Assembly (NCBI GenBank): GCA_963693365.1 | Contig: CAVNZM010000012.1 | Location: forward strand, 682,001 to 746,000 | DNA from: Amoebidium appalachense | Taxonomy: Eukaryota > Protista > Ichthyosporea | Direction: 5' to 3' | Length of the DNA stretch: 64,000 nt | Shown: piece after piece, positions 13,053 through 26,740 of the stretch | Layout: every line of letters begins with the position of its first letter | How positions within the stretch are numbered: position 1 is the first letter of the stretch | Notes under the pieces: model-generated | The model's database searches: none | What the model was told of the DNA's origin: nothing | Seen by the model: only the letters and a program-made list of their open reading frames with translations | Program-made: the position numbers and the translations under genes

Positions 13053-13150
13053 TTTTATAATGACTTTATTGATGTGCTCATGCAGAAAAGGAGATGTCGC
13101 AGATATCTCAAAGAGACGACTGGTATCGAGTCGCTCAAATAATGTACATG
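13053..13150 (-). mobile_element. Short inverted fragment of the same LINE 3' UTR
   Basis: Reverse complement reads ...catgagcacatcaataaagtcattataaaa, matching catgagcatatcaataaagtcattataac at 12722-12750. Confidence 0.75.
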
Positions 13151-13425
13151 TGGAGGTAGACTCGCAGATATATACATAATACCCAAAAATTATATTGGAC
13201 AAGTAAGAAAAAAACAAACACTAATATTAGAGTCAGCGCTATATAGAGGTTCTTTGGGAATCCGGAAAAAAAGTTAGGGAAATTCCCAAACGTTTTTTGG
13301 GAATTTCGATCCCTGGTGATATCACGGGCATCACGTGGCCCCAAATGTGAGCTGAGAGACCTTCCAAGTCTTTTCGAACCTTAGTTTGTTATTGCGTGTG
13401 TTTTAGTGCAGAGCACTTAGTAAGA

Positions 13426-15615
13426 ATGGACGCAGCCACGGTGCGACAGCTAGTGCAGCAGGCAGAGGCCTTCTGCTTTGACGTGGACAGCACGGTCATA
13501 CAGGAGGAGGGCATAGATGTGCTTGCTGAGAGCTGTGGCGTGGGCGAGGAGGTTGCTGCCTGGTGCGTGGCCCTTGTGTGTTATAAATCCAGGAGGGGGG
13601 GAAGGGGAGGGGGGGGGAGGGGGGGAGGAGAGGGGGGGGAGGGAGAAAGGGATGGGGTGGGGGAGGAGGGTGGGGGTGAGTGAAAGTTGGGAGGCATTGG
13701 AGGGTGAAAGAATGGAGGAAACGGGTAGGGGTGCTTGGGGCAGGGGGTGAGGCGGCGGGACGGGGGAGAAGGGATGAGGGGGACGGAGGGGGGGGGGGGG
13801 GGGAAGGTGTTGTCTGGTTAATTGATAAGGTTGTGTCTAAAGGAAAGGGGTAGGCGCGTGCTTCTGCATCTGTGTTAAAACCAAGCGGGTGGAGCAGGGA
13901 AGTTCTTAAATTGGTGTGCTATGCGTCAAGTAAAGGAGCCTGGAAGGGAACGCTTGAGCAACTTTGAACTGTGGGGCTACGGGAACAGGCTTTGGTTTAA
14001 GCAACTTCACATGCACTACGAAGATGTATGCATCAAAGGGGGGAACGAGATAGGAAGAGGGGAAGGTGGTTTCAAAGTTGCGGTGCGACTACGTAGGATG
14101 GCTGGCTCTGAAACAAGGAAAGCATACAAGTTTTTTTTTATTTTGAGGGCGGTCACGGTGAGGGAAAGCGGGGAGGAGGGGGCAGGGGGAGGGGAGGGGG
14201 CAGGAGGGGGGGGGGGATATGGGTGATCATTGACCTGGTTGTTCAAGAAAGGCTGGGAGGTGGGGGGGGGGGGGGGGGGGGGGGGGGGTGGGAGGGGGGT
14301 GGGAGGTGACTGGGGAGGAAGGTGGGAGGGGAGGGGGGGGGGGGGGGGGGTTAGTTGCCGCTGAAAGAAGGGATGACGTATTTTGAGCCAAATCTACTCA
14401 TTGCGCAACACACCCACTCAGTGTCAGGAGCATCGCATCTCATGTTCTTTTTCACAGGACACGACAGGCCATGGGTGGTGGTGTGACCTTCCAGGAGGCG
14501 CTCTCTGCACGTCTTTCCATCATGAAGCCCTCCAGGCAGCAGCTGGAAGAGTGTCTGACCAAGCACCCTGTCAATCTCACACCCGGTGTCAGGTGTGTGG
14601 GTGTGGGGTGGAGATGGAGATGGGAGCTGGGACAGAGTTGCGGGCGCTTGGGATGGGAAGGATGTGTGTGCTCGTTTGTGTGTGGGCTGGTGGGGCAGGG
14701 ATGATGTAAGTTTGTGTACGTGTGAATGGAAGGAGGGGAGGAGGGTTTGGGGAAGACAGAATGGCTGTTTTCTATTTTGTGTTGCTGTTGCTGGGAGAAG
14801 GGGAATGGGGGCAAGAGGTTGGGACGCTGAGGAGAAGTTTAAACAGCTTTGTTTCATCCCCCCCCAAAGTGAAGAAGCGAGAGAAAGAATCGAGAGAGAG
14901 AGGGGAGTATTGTGGCAGTAGTGGTTTTCTTTTTTCTTTTTCTTCTTCTTCTTTTTCTTTTTTGGCGGGGGGGGGAGGGGGGGGGGAGGGGGGGGAGGGG
15001 GGGGGGGGGGGTTTGAGGGAAGAAGGGGTTTATGGACCTAGGGGTTCGGGGAAAGGTGATGGAGAATGCTTAGGCCTAGCCCTGCACGAGAGAAGGCAGG
15101 TCGGAAGTTGCTGTGTGCTGTTTAGTTGGGTGGGCGGTGGTGGTTGTGCTGTGTGGGGTGCTTCAACCTTTCTCTTCTACTAATGCTCTAACCCTAGTTG
15201 TTTCGTTCTGAGATGGCTGCCTTGGTCCCTTACCGTCCCTGCCCCCCCCCCCCCCCTCCCCCCCCCCCCCAAAAAAAAATCTTTCCACACCTCTTCATCC
15301 CTTATATCCTCGCCCTTTCAATGTTCCATCTCCTTGCTAACAATGAACAACGTCCCACCCTCGAGCCCACCCGGCCATCCACACACACACGTAGCCCCCA
15401 TCCCCCCCCCCCATCCCCCCCCCCCATACACGATAACACACACATGTACACACACACACACACACACACAATCACACACACACACACACACACCTTCAAA
15501 CCCGCCCCCCCCCCCCCCCCCCCCCCCCCCTGCCCCGCCCTCACCCCGCTCCCCGGCTCACACATACACGTACACACACACACACACACGCACAAACTCG
15601 CACATACTCACCGTC

Positions 15616-15647
<32 letters not shown>

Positions 15648-15657
15648 ACCACCACCA

Positions 15658-15703
<46 letters not shown>

Positions 15704-15764
15704 CCCTTCACCCCCCCTCTTCCCCCCCACCCCTCCCCCCCAAACACACACACGTTCACACACA

Positions 15765-15824
<60 letters not shown>

Positions 15825-16116
15825 GACCTTGTTGTGCGGCTGCAACAGGCAGGCAAGCAGGTGCATCTTGTGTCTGGGGGGTTCAGGCAAATGATCTACC
15901 CCGTGGCAGACACCCTGCACATCCCTCACACGGACGTCTATGCCAACAACCTGCTCTTTGATGACGTCACTGGCGCATTTGCTGGGTTTGACCCCAACGA
16001 GCCTACGTCACGGTCTGGGGGGAAGAAGAACGTTGTGGAGATGCTGATGGTGCGTGGGTGGGGGGGGTGGGGGGTGCGGGAAGGGGGAAGGGGGGGAGGG
16101 GATGTGTGGTATTGGT

Positions 16117-16183
<67 letters not shown>

Positions 16184-17356
16184 GGGAGGTAGGGAGATAT
16201 GGGGTGTGTGGGTTGTGGGTTGGAGGTGTTTTTTTTATCTGTGTGTGTGTGTGTGTATTTGTGGATGGGAGGGAGAGGGGGGGGGGGGGCGGGTATGAAG
16301 GAGGAAAGAAAATTTGTCGGCGAATGCCTGTGAATGTTATGGATGGAGGTTGGAAGTCTTTGGTTGGTTGGTTGGGGGGGGGGGGGGGGAGGGGGGAGGA
16401 CAAAGGGGGAGGGTGTGTGAATCTGGAGTCTGATCAATTGAGAGGAGATGAGTAGGAAAAGGGTGTTAGAGGAAGGGGGGAGGGGAGGGACGGGGGGAAG
16501 GATTAGGAGGTGGGGGGGGGGGGGGGGGAGAAAGTGAAAAAAGAAGGCTGCAAATTGGAGGCATGGGTCGAAAGGCTGTCGAAGGTAGGTTGTGTGTTGG
16601 TAGGTTTAAAGTTTCTGTACGGTGTGTGTGTGAGCATGTGTGTTATGTTCATGGTGATGGTGGTGGTGGTGGGGTGCTGGAGAGAGGCCCCCGAATAGGG
16701 CTTTTCACTTCTCTCTGTTTTTCTTTTCTTCTTTCCCCCGTCACTCCCTTTACCTCTGCCCTTTTATTCTGTTCTCTTGCCCTAAGCAGACCTCTCTCGC
16801 CTCAACTTTATACCCGCTCGTGCATGCTCGTAGCGTTCATTTTACTAATCAGTATACTTGGGTCCCCCCCTTTGCCCCCTCCCCCTCCTCCCCCGCTCCC
16901 TTCCCCGGCGCCCTTCTTACCACAACACGTACATCCATACACGCAAGCGCCGAAGTATTAACACACACGCACACACACCCACATACACACCCTTCCCCTC
17001 TCCCCAACTCCCCCCCCCCCACCCACGTCCACGTACACGTACCCCCCCCCCCCCCCCCCCCCCCCCCACCCCCCCCCACACACACACATACCCACACACA
17101 CGCACACACACACACACAGACACAGCGTGGCTATCAGACGGTAGTGATGGTTGGTGACGGTGTGACAGATATGGAGGCCAAGCCCCCTGCAGCCCTGTTC
17201 ATTGGGTTTGGAGGCAATGTGGTCAGAGAGTCGGTCAGGTCTAAGGCTGACTTCTTTGCCATGTCGATGCAGGATATCATCGGTGTGAACCCCCCCCCCC
17301 CCCCCCCCTCCCCCCAATTTTTTTTGTTTGCTCCATTGTTTCTCTCGTACTCTTGT

Positions 17357-17419
<63 letters not shown>

Positions 17420-17819
17420 CACACAGACACACACACACGCCAGTTCCTATCCTGCTTTCCCTCCTTTCTCCTTCCATCTTGCCCCGTCACCATTACCCCT
17501 CTCGTCTCTCCCTCTGTCTGCATATGCAACATTGAATGACTGGTTCATCATCTGCAATTAGTATACGTGTGTGTAGGTGTGTGCAGGGCAAATCTCATTT
17601 TGACTTTCAGATCATCGTGTGCTTGCTGTGGATAGGCGGGCAATGGGGGTTGCGAGAGGGGGGAAGGAAGAAGGGGGGTGAGGAGGGAGGGGCGGAGAGA
17701 GAGATAACACGTACGTGTGAAACAAGACATGGCGTAGTAATGTTGATGTGGACCTGGCCAGGCAGAATAGTGCCCTGACCTCTCTTCTCATTCCTTCATC
17801 TGCAGATCTCTTGAGTTGA
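13426..17819 (+). CDS. PSPH: Phosphoserine phosphatase (HAD family); exons 13426-13562, 14458-14592, 15824-16049, 17120-17282, 17806-17819
   Basis: Motifs [66 protein letters not shown]. Phase-compatible GT-AG introns. The exon 4 acceptor could alternatively be 17126. Confidence 0.95.
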
Positions 17820-18184
17820 TGCGTGCGTGCACTGGAGGTTCCTTTACATCATTCTATAGAAGGAAGGTGAGAGATGGAGAAAATCATTCTTCCTACACTC
17901 TTCCCACCACTCCTGGATAACGTAAATATAAGCCTGTGTTCAATTAAACACCTAGACGCTGCAAGCTGGATTTGTTTCCTGCGTAACAGCCATTATCTCA
18001 CGTTATATCGTACATAAAAATGCACATGCTGGTTCTTGGTTTCTTGACACTTGGCACCCCCCGTCAATCCTTGCTCCCTTGTCGTGTGGGTGTTCACTGG
18101 TTCTTTTCCTTTTTCTTTCTTTTCTTTCCTAATTTTTTATTTTTTATTTTTTGAGGGGCGGGAAGGGGGGTAAGCCTCAGGGGA

Positions 18185-18223
<39 letters not shown>

Positions 18224-18438
18224 TTTGTGTTATAGGTAAATGAAGCTCCCCTGGGTGCCTGGTCAGGCGTGTTTGAAGAAAGTGTCTCGCTATCACATAC
18301 TGTGCTACGTGTGGATTCACACGCTGGGTGGTATGCCTTCAAACAGCTAGCAAGCCTTACGGAAAACATAAGTCGTGCACTTTCGCACAAATGTATTATG
18401 CACACACGCACAAACACCCGCGCGCACGCTGATGCACG

Positions 18439-18469
<31 letters not shown>

Positions 18470-18748
18470 GGACGGTGATATAATGGGTAGCGAGCCAAGG
18501 TGACTGCTTGTGGAGCAGTTCTGTAGTTGAGTATGCCCAGTGTGTACATAATGGAGGGTTGGTTCCACATGGCCCCAACCCAAGTTGACTGTTAATGGTA
18601 AGGTTTTGGCCGCAGGACGGTCAAAGATTCCCTAACCCGGCTCCGATGACGACTCGGTGTCTTTTGCATGATTTTCCAACGACCAGCGCATGAAAAACCT
18701 CCCCCCCCCCCCCTTTCTCCCCACCACCACCACCATGGCCACCCATGG

Positions 18749-18788
<40 letters not shown>

Positions 18789-18987
18789 ACATGTATACGT
18801 ACGCACACGCTTAACTTACACGTGACATACACACACACCCCGAGGTGACCGTGCACACTAAAGACACCCACTCACCCCGCCCACCGTGCATGTACGTGCA
18901 CACAAACACACAACCTGGCCGTCCCGTGCCCCAGCCTCCTTCTCGACCTTTACCAGCCGAAGCGCAAGGCTTTTGGTGGTGATGGTG

Positions 18988-19018
<31 letters not shown>

Positions 19019-19791
19019 ACGTGGGTTTAATTTGTGTGTGGTGGTGGCCCGGTGCACGTGGAGCTGCTCGGTGGGTGGGGTGGGTAGGATACCCAGCACT
19101 GCAACGGTTGCATCTCACGATCGAAGACTCGAGCTCGAGCAGGCCTGGGCCCGAGTAAGTCTATTCGGACCGGGTGTACATGTACACCTTTTTTAGAACA
19201 TATCAATCATGATCCACAATATTATAGGACTAATGAATCATGAACTTAATATCATACCTTGTTATCGAGACGTGAGAATACAAAATAAAGAATACAAAAT
19301 GTTATGCAAAAGTAGAACAAACACACAGGTAATGGTGGCGGTCGGTTTGAAGCCTATTGAATGGTTAATTAAACTACGGGGAAAATCACACGAGTAGAAA
19401 TGGCAGGGAAGGCATGACGGGAATCGGTGAGAAAGGAGTCACAGATAAAGCATTAACATGGGTGTGCTAAAAGCTTTCATACGTGAAGGTTGTATGTATG
19501 GTTTTTCACTTAGCAAATAATGAACAATGCTAAGAATCAAGCAAGGCAACTGCACCTCAGATTATACACTCCCAGGTGTGTGTCCATACATTCTTATGTG
19601 TATCTGACCCAAACAAGGAAAAGACCAACTCCCTCCCTACGCACCCATTTGTTCCCTCCAAGCCACCCGGTCCGACACTTCCACCTCCTCACTACAACAC
19701 ACACGTTCACCACACAACCAAACCCTCCCCTTTCCCGCCCACCTCCCCCCCTCCCCCCCCCCCCCCCCCCCCCCCCCCAACACACACACAC

Positions 19792-20447
19792 CTAATCATA
19801 TCTATGTGGCCGTGTACCACCATATCCTCCCCTCTGTGCCCCATACATTCCCGCTCCAGGCTGCCCACCCCCCACGTAATACTGTTGCTGTCTCCTCCTC
19901 TCCGCATCTTGAATCGCATTTCCAATCGCAACCTTCCCCACAACATAAACCGCACCTGCCGTACCAGCAAACAACCCAAGCAACCAAGTAACAAGAAACG
20001 AAGCCGCCGCAACCGTCGCCAACCCAAAGAAAAACAAACCGGTCAAAAAATCCGGACGATAGGAGGAAATCACCCCCCACAGGCCGAAAACAAATGAAAT
20101 AAACGACATAATTATACCGATTGTGAAGTTAAAAAGCATGTTGATCACTACACGCAGTGCATATTCGAGCATGCCCTCATCCCTGCCCATGGCCCCTATG
20201 CCGTAGAATAGAACATCCCAGAACGTTTGGCGCTTTGCAAATTCTTTGCCGCGGGAGAACGTGCCTGTGTGGTTTTAGAAAAAAGTGTCAGCAAACGACA
20301 GCTTGAATGTGAGTGGCTGTAGGGCAACGGCATGGTACGAGGAGGTGGGTGGATGGAAGGGGGGAGTTCCATTAATGCAAGGGCAAATGCATTTTGTACC
20401 CAGGTAGGTGTGAGCAGATGGGTTGGAGAGTGGAGGGCGGGGGCAGA

Positions 20448-20482
<35 letters not shown>

Positions 20483-20661
20483 GGGGGGAGGGAGGGGGGG
20501 AGGGGGCTAAAGGTGTGCGAAAACAATGAAGATGCAGAAAGTGAGGGCATGTCATGCGAATGTTGCTTGTTCTTTGTGTGTGGGACGGGCGGGGAGGGGG
20601 GAGGGGGGAAGGGGTGGAAGGGGGTGGTACAGATTCTTAAAGGCACTCACTCAGTGTTCCA

Positions 20662-20696
<35 letters not shown>

Positions 20697-20729
20697 ACAC
20701 ACACACACCCAAAACACCCACCCACCCAC

Positions 20730-20766
<37 letters not shown>

Positions 20767-21094
20767 ATCACCCCTGTCCCCCCCCCCCTCCCCACCCCCC
20801 AAAATAAAAAATCTCTCCCCTCAACATAGCCCAAACCCGTCACCACCAATGCCAAACAATTGCCATCCCCTACCCCTCCCATCCCCCCTCCCCCCCCCCC
20901 CCCCCCCTCCCGCTCCTCTCCTATCCCCCTGTTCCTTCCGTGTCTTTCTCTGACTAACGGTTTAACCCTTACCCCTTCCCCCTTCCTCCCTCTTTCCCCA
21001 TGCGCCCTTGCCATTCCGATGTTCCTTGGGTTTTGATTTTATCAACACAAAACAACCCTTCCCCCTCGGGGTTCCAAATCCCCCCGTTCTTTCT

Positions 21095-21172
<78 letters not shown>

Positions 21173-21410
21173 CTCCCCCGACCCCTCTCCCGCCTCCTCC
21201 GCTCAACCTTGTCTTTCGAGATCACCACCCCCTCCACCTCACCACCCCCTCCACCCCGCCTTCTTTCCACACAAAAATCTGAAAAAACACTCCCCCCTCC
21301 CCCCTGACCTCCTACCCCCCCCCCCCCCCCCTCCTGACCCCATCCGTATGTGTGGTTTGCACTCTGCGATGTGTTCTCTGCTATGACAAAGACGGAGAGA
21401 TTGTGTGTGT

Positions 21411-21455
<45 letters not shown>

Positions 21456-22596
21456 CGCGCGCGCCTTTATCACTGTGTGCGTATGTAAGTGCATACGTGC
21501 CTGCATATATGTGTGTACACGTGTGTGTGTGTGTGTGTGTGTGTGCCCGCGCGCGCGCCTGTGTGCCGTGTGAAGAACAAGGGTAAGGGGGGAGGGGGCT
21601 GTACATACCCCAAAACATCTGCCGAACCTCCTCCGTGCCGTATGAACTGAACAGACCAAGTGCGGCCTTTGCATCCTTCACCCCCTCAGTGTATTCCCTC
21701 TCCAACTTATCATACTCCAGCGCCGCTTTCTCGTATTGTTTCTTGTTCTGCGTGCATGTTTCGTCGCATGAAAAAAACCAACCGCGTGAACCGCGGTATC
21801 TCTCTTCCAGCTGGTACATCCTTGCACGTGTATCGATGAGTTGTTTTGTTGGGAGACTCTTGAGTGTGCTCTGCAAGGAGCATTGGTTTTAGTGGTTGCA
21901 CGCACATTGCCTGGATCTGGAAGGAGGCAACTTGGTAGAGTTCGCATGTGGGAACTGATTTCTTACGATTCCTTCTCCCTTCTCAACATCTATGCACAAT
22001 AGTCTATATACAGGCAGCCAGCAATCAGCAGCATCCGTTTCGGAACCGGAAGGGGTTTTGCCCCCCCCCTCCCCCCCCCCCTTCCCCCCCTCCCCCCCCC
22101 CCCAAAAAAAAAAAAAGGAAGAAGAAGAAGAAGACACACCACCACAGTTTCCCCCACCAAAATCTTTTCCTCTCCCCCTTACTCCCTTCCTTTCCCTCGT
22201 TTCCCCCAATCTATATCATCAATATTCATTCCGTGTCCCCGCCACTCTCTTCTTGCCAGTCTGTGAACCACAGGGTTACCATTCCAAACAAGCCGAGCCA
22301 CAATTTCCCAACCTGCAAAAAAAAAAAACGTTCGGGAAACTCACTGCGTATAAGAAGAAAAGTTTCTTTTCCTGTCCCCCCCCCTCACCCCCCCCTTCCC
22401 CCTCCCGCGTGTGTTTCCTGCCCCCCCCCCCCCCCCCCCCCCCCCGTCCCCCCGCCCACACCCCCCTCCACACGCACATACAGACCCACCGCCCCCATTC
22501 TCACCCCCCACACCCAACCCCATCCATGCTCCGCTCACCACAAGCTCCGCCCCCCGCCCTGCAACCTACATACACCAGTGCAACTCCAACCCCCCC

Positions 22597-22627
<31 letters not shown>

Positions 22628-22922
22628 AGTCCCGTCTTCCTACCCCAACCCGCCTTCCCCCCATCTCTCCCCCCTCTTCCCTCCTCCCAAAATAAGGAGG
22701 GAGAGGGGATGAGGAAGGAGGGATTGGGGGAAAAAAGCCTACCTCATAAGTCTGCAGGGCGTCCTGTGACGGTACATAACCGTTGCCCAAGGCACACAGC
22801 AAAAGACCAAGCACCCAGCCCAGACTAATAACATAGTGCTGCCTGGCTAGGTTGAACCCTGTCTTGACTATCACCGTGCCTATGTCACTGCCCTCCACTA
22901 CAACTTCACGGCGGTCAGCCAT
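19792..22922 (-). CDS. Hypothetical multi-pass membrane protein; exons 22922-22743, 21870-21609, 20264-19792
   Basis: Three phase-compatible exons give an N-terminal hydrophobic segment, a coiled coil with WFFSCDETC, the motif [33 protein letters not shown]...GRDE, 2-3 C-terminal TM helices and a Gly/Tyr/Gln tail. Confidence 0.85.
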
Positions 22923-24088
22923 TCTGATGTTTGGACAAACGACGAAGGGCGAATCCCTTTTTGCGCAGTCTATCCGGACCTCACTAGATTATAACGCAGA
23001 GCAGGGCTAATGTCTCAGTAGTAGAGAATTAAAAAGCGGAGAAGTAAGTGTGCAATTTTTACTCACTAAATAGCTTATTATATATGCCTCCCTGCTATAC
23101 TCTCTCTTCGTTCATCTCCAACTAACTACACGGTGTGTTGCTGTTTGTGCTTTTTTCTCTATATATATAAAAGAGTTGGCGACTTCGATCGGGAAAATGT
23201 AGGATAGTTTACGTGATAGTCCAAAACGCGTAGACTCTTAGAGCTCAGTGCTCAACGCATAAAAGACTATTTATGTCACTCAGACAAACAAATAGCACGT
23301 GCGATTTTGCAGCCAAATAAAGATAAAAACACCTATTGTTGATTGGTTGATTTCACTCGTGCGTTAAATCTTGCGGGTGATTGGCAGCTTCAGAATACAT
23401 ATTTGTGATCATTACAGCATACAGCTACAGTAGCATATCGCTGAAAATCAATAATGAGCATTTATTACAGAAAGCAATTATGTTCTAATCTTAGCAGTTA
23501 TAAGTCAAAAAGAACGATGAGTGCATAATCTGCAAGTTGACTAAAAGAAACCAATATCTGAATGAACACATGTGCGATTGGGTCAAATAACTAACCAAAT
23601 ATAGCTATTCAGAAGGATCGCTAATTGGTGCATGCATACGCATGTACCCCGACCGTGCCAATCAGATGAGAAAAGCAGGCTGTGTGCCTTGATGCTTGCG
23701 CGTGATTGGCAGCTTCAGATTTATTTTCAATAAAACCGATGAAGCTCAAATTTAATACTGTAAACTGTTCAAACCCCATTTATAATTGAAAAATAAGTGA
23801 TACGCCCCACAAAATTCTAAAGTTCAAATTCATATCTTCTAATATACGGGTGAATCATTTCCCGGAAAACCCGATGATTCACTTTTCTCCAACTTGGAAG
23901 GTACACAAACACAACTTGGAGTAAAGGGGCCAAGAAAGATTAGATGTTTTTTCTGTAAGATTCGTTCAGTGTCTCCAAGATTCGTTCAGTGTCTCCATTC
24001 GCCTTTGTTTCACCCACTGGTTGGCGTAAGGGGAGGGGATTCAAAACAACACAGAGAAACACGCCGTTTTGGCGCTCCACAAACGAAA
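22923..24088. promoter_or_regulatory. Putative bidirectional promoter between divergent genes, CCAAT-box rich
   Basis: AT-rich, microsatellite-free 1.17 kb between two divergent ATGs. Several ATTGG/CCAAT, including a 25-bp direct repeat cttgcgSgtgattggcagcttcaga at 23370 and 23695. Confidence 0.55.
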
Positions 24089-24633
24089 ATGAAGTTCGGC
24101 AAGCACTTGCTGGCTAATATGCCCCCAGAATGGAGGTTTAACTTCATAGATTACAGCGGGCTCAAGCGGTTTTTGAAGAGCAATGTGACGGCCACGGCGT
24201 GGGATGACAACCTCGAAGCCAAGTTTATTACTATGCTCGAGGAGGAGCTCAAGAAGGTGCGCGTGTGCGTGCGTGCGTGTGCGTGTGAATGGATGTGTGT
24301 GTGTGTGTGTGTGTGCGTGTTGTGCATGTGTGCGCACGTCTTCTTGGTGTTTGGGTGCCTACGGGCGTGCGTGCTTGTCACGTGATGTGTACTTCCCGGC
24401 GTATTATCACACGAAATTGTGCTGCATAGTGTCTTGACAGATGTTTACTTGTATACTTGTGAATACATGAGGGAAGGAGGTGGGGGCAGGGGGAGGGGGA
24501 GAGGACTGATGCAACTCGAAACCGAGGTGTAAGAAAGGGCCGGCTAAGGCTGACACCTGAAGGAACTTGAATGTTGTTGCCTGCTCGTGTATACTCTGCT
24601 TAGTTGGCTAATGTGTGCTGCTTTCTTTCCTGC

Positions 24634-24678
<45 letters not shown>

Positions 24679-25469
24679 CGCTCATTGGCTACTGCGAGTT
24701 GCTCGCTTTCCTTCCCCCACCCTCGCTTAGTTGGCTAACATGTGTTGCTTCTTTCCTGCCCCGCCCCCCTCCAAACCCCCCCCCCCCCCCCCCCCCTCCC
24801 CCGACTTTTTTTTTGTTGCAGCAATGTAGCCTCCAATTCCCTTCTCTTCCCTTTTGCATCTCTTTTCTTGCTGTAGCAACGCGCTTTAGAATGTGTATAG
24901 ACGTCAAACCTTTTTTTTACATGGGCAATGCCTACCCTCCCCCCCCCACCCCCCCCCCACCCCTTTTCGCTTCCCTGGAAGGTGTTAGACTTGTACCATC
25001 TCTCGTTCTTCGTGTGGGCTAGATTGGTTGTCTGTTACACATCGTGAAACGTGTGTGTTGAATGGCTGACAGAGCATGCGAGTGAATCTGATCGCAAACA
25101 AGGCTCTTGGGAGGCTCTTGGGCGGCAGTGTTTTGTGTTTTCACTTACGCGTGTATATTTGGTGTCTGTATCGTGTGTTGTATGTGTGTGGGTGTGGGTG
25201 GGTGTGTTTGTGTGTGTGCGCATACACTGTGTGCTCGTGCATTCGTGCGTGTGCTTGTGCGTTTGTGTACCTGTGCAGTTAAGCATGTGAGAGATTATCG
25301 AGTTGTTGTTGCACCGGTTTTGTATGGTTTTTTCTTTACTCATGTTGTCACGTGGCCTCCCCACCGGGCTTTGGTTCGCTTATATTGCATACACGTTGGT
25401 TGCTCGTGCTCGTGGTTCTCTGGTGTACCGCACGTTATTGTTTTGTATTTTTCACCGTGCTCTACTTCT

Positions 25470-25501
<32 letters not shown>

Positions 25502-26205
25502 TTTTTTCCCCATCTGGTCCACCCCTCCCCCCTTGTTTTCTCCCGCGGTTTCTCCTCAGCACATGCACCGTTTAAGCTCCCTTCCCTCGCCTTACCCTCC
25601 GTCTCTCTCCACTTCATCTGTCAACGGGTTGTGCCTGCATGTGTCTTTCGTATCTCTTTTCTGAAACTTATATATCCCTTCCCACCCCCCCCTACCTTCC
25701 CTTACTGATGCACCCTCCCTTTCCAACAATCATGTTTCCCCTTGGCGAAGTTATAGTCACTGTTCTGTTGTCGTTGAAACAAAGAATGGGTTAGGAACCA
25801 CCTTGCCAGAGACAAAGGATGCTTTGGGAACCACACGCTTGAGGTTGAAGAATCAAGACTCATTGATGTGGATTAATTACTACCCCCCCCCCCCCCCCCT
25901 CCCTTCGTGATGGGCTCAGTCAAACGTTAAACATTGGATGCAAATGTGTTTTCCGTGTTTGTTACTTGTGTCTTCCCCCCCCCCCCCCCCCCCCCCTCCC
26001 CCTAATTTCTCTTCTCCTCTGTAATACGTTCTGACCCCCCTTCCCCCCCTCCCTTCCTCTTCCTGCAGGTGTCCGATTTTGGGTTTGTCAAGTACAACGA
26101 GCTAGCGCGGCACGTGCAGTTTATCGAAAACGAAATCAACAAACTGCAGGATGCTTCGGCAAGCCCAAAGCTGGCCCAGCTCAAACAGGAGCTGGACGAC
26201 ATCAC

Positions 26206-26245
<40 letters not shown>

Positions 26246-26459
26246 GGGGGGAGGAGGGGGATGTGTAGGTGTGGTTTGGGGAAGGGGGGGGGGCGGAGAC
26301 GTGTAGGTGTGGGTTGGGGGGGGAAGGGGGGAGGGGGGTGCGGACGGAGGTGTGTGTGAGATGGGGGGGGGGGGAGGGGGGTTGATCGTTGTTTTTGTTG
26401 GGGGGGGGGGGGGGGGGTGACGGAGGGTTATGGGTGTTTTTTTCTTCGGGGGGGGACGG

Positions 26460-26502
<43 letters not shown>

Positions 26503-26695
26503 GGGGGAGGGGGGGGGAGGGGGGGAGGGGGGAGATGTCGGGGGATGGGTGTGTGTGAGGGAGGGCAGGTGGGGTGGGAAAGGGATTGGTGTGTGTGTGT
26601 GTGGTGGGATTGGTGTGTGTGTGTGGTGGGGTGGGGAAATGGTTGGGATGAGGAATCAATGGGAGGTTCGTGTTTGTGTGTGCATAGGAAGAGGG

Positions 26696-26740
<45 letters not shown>

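Noticed and set aside
23957-23996. 20-bp perfect tandem duplication upstream of VTC4 (similar pair at 40578-40627)
   Set aside because: Ordinary slippage-type duplication with no further support for function.
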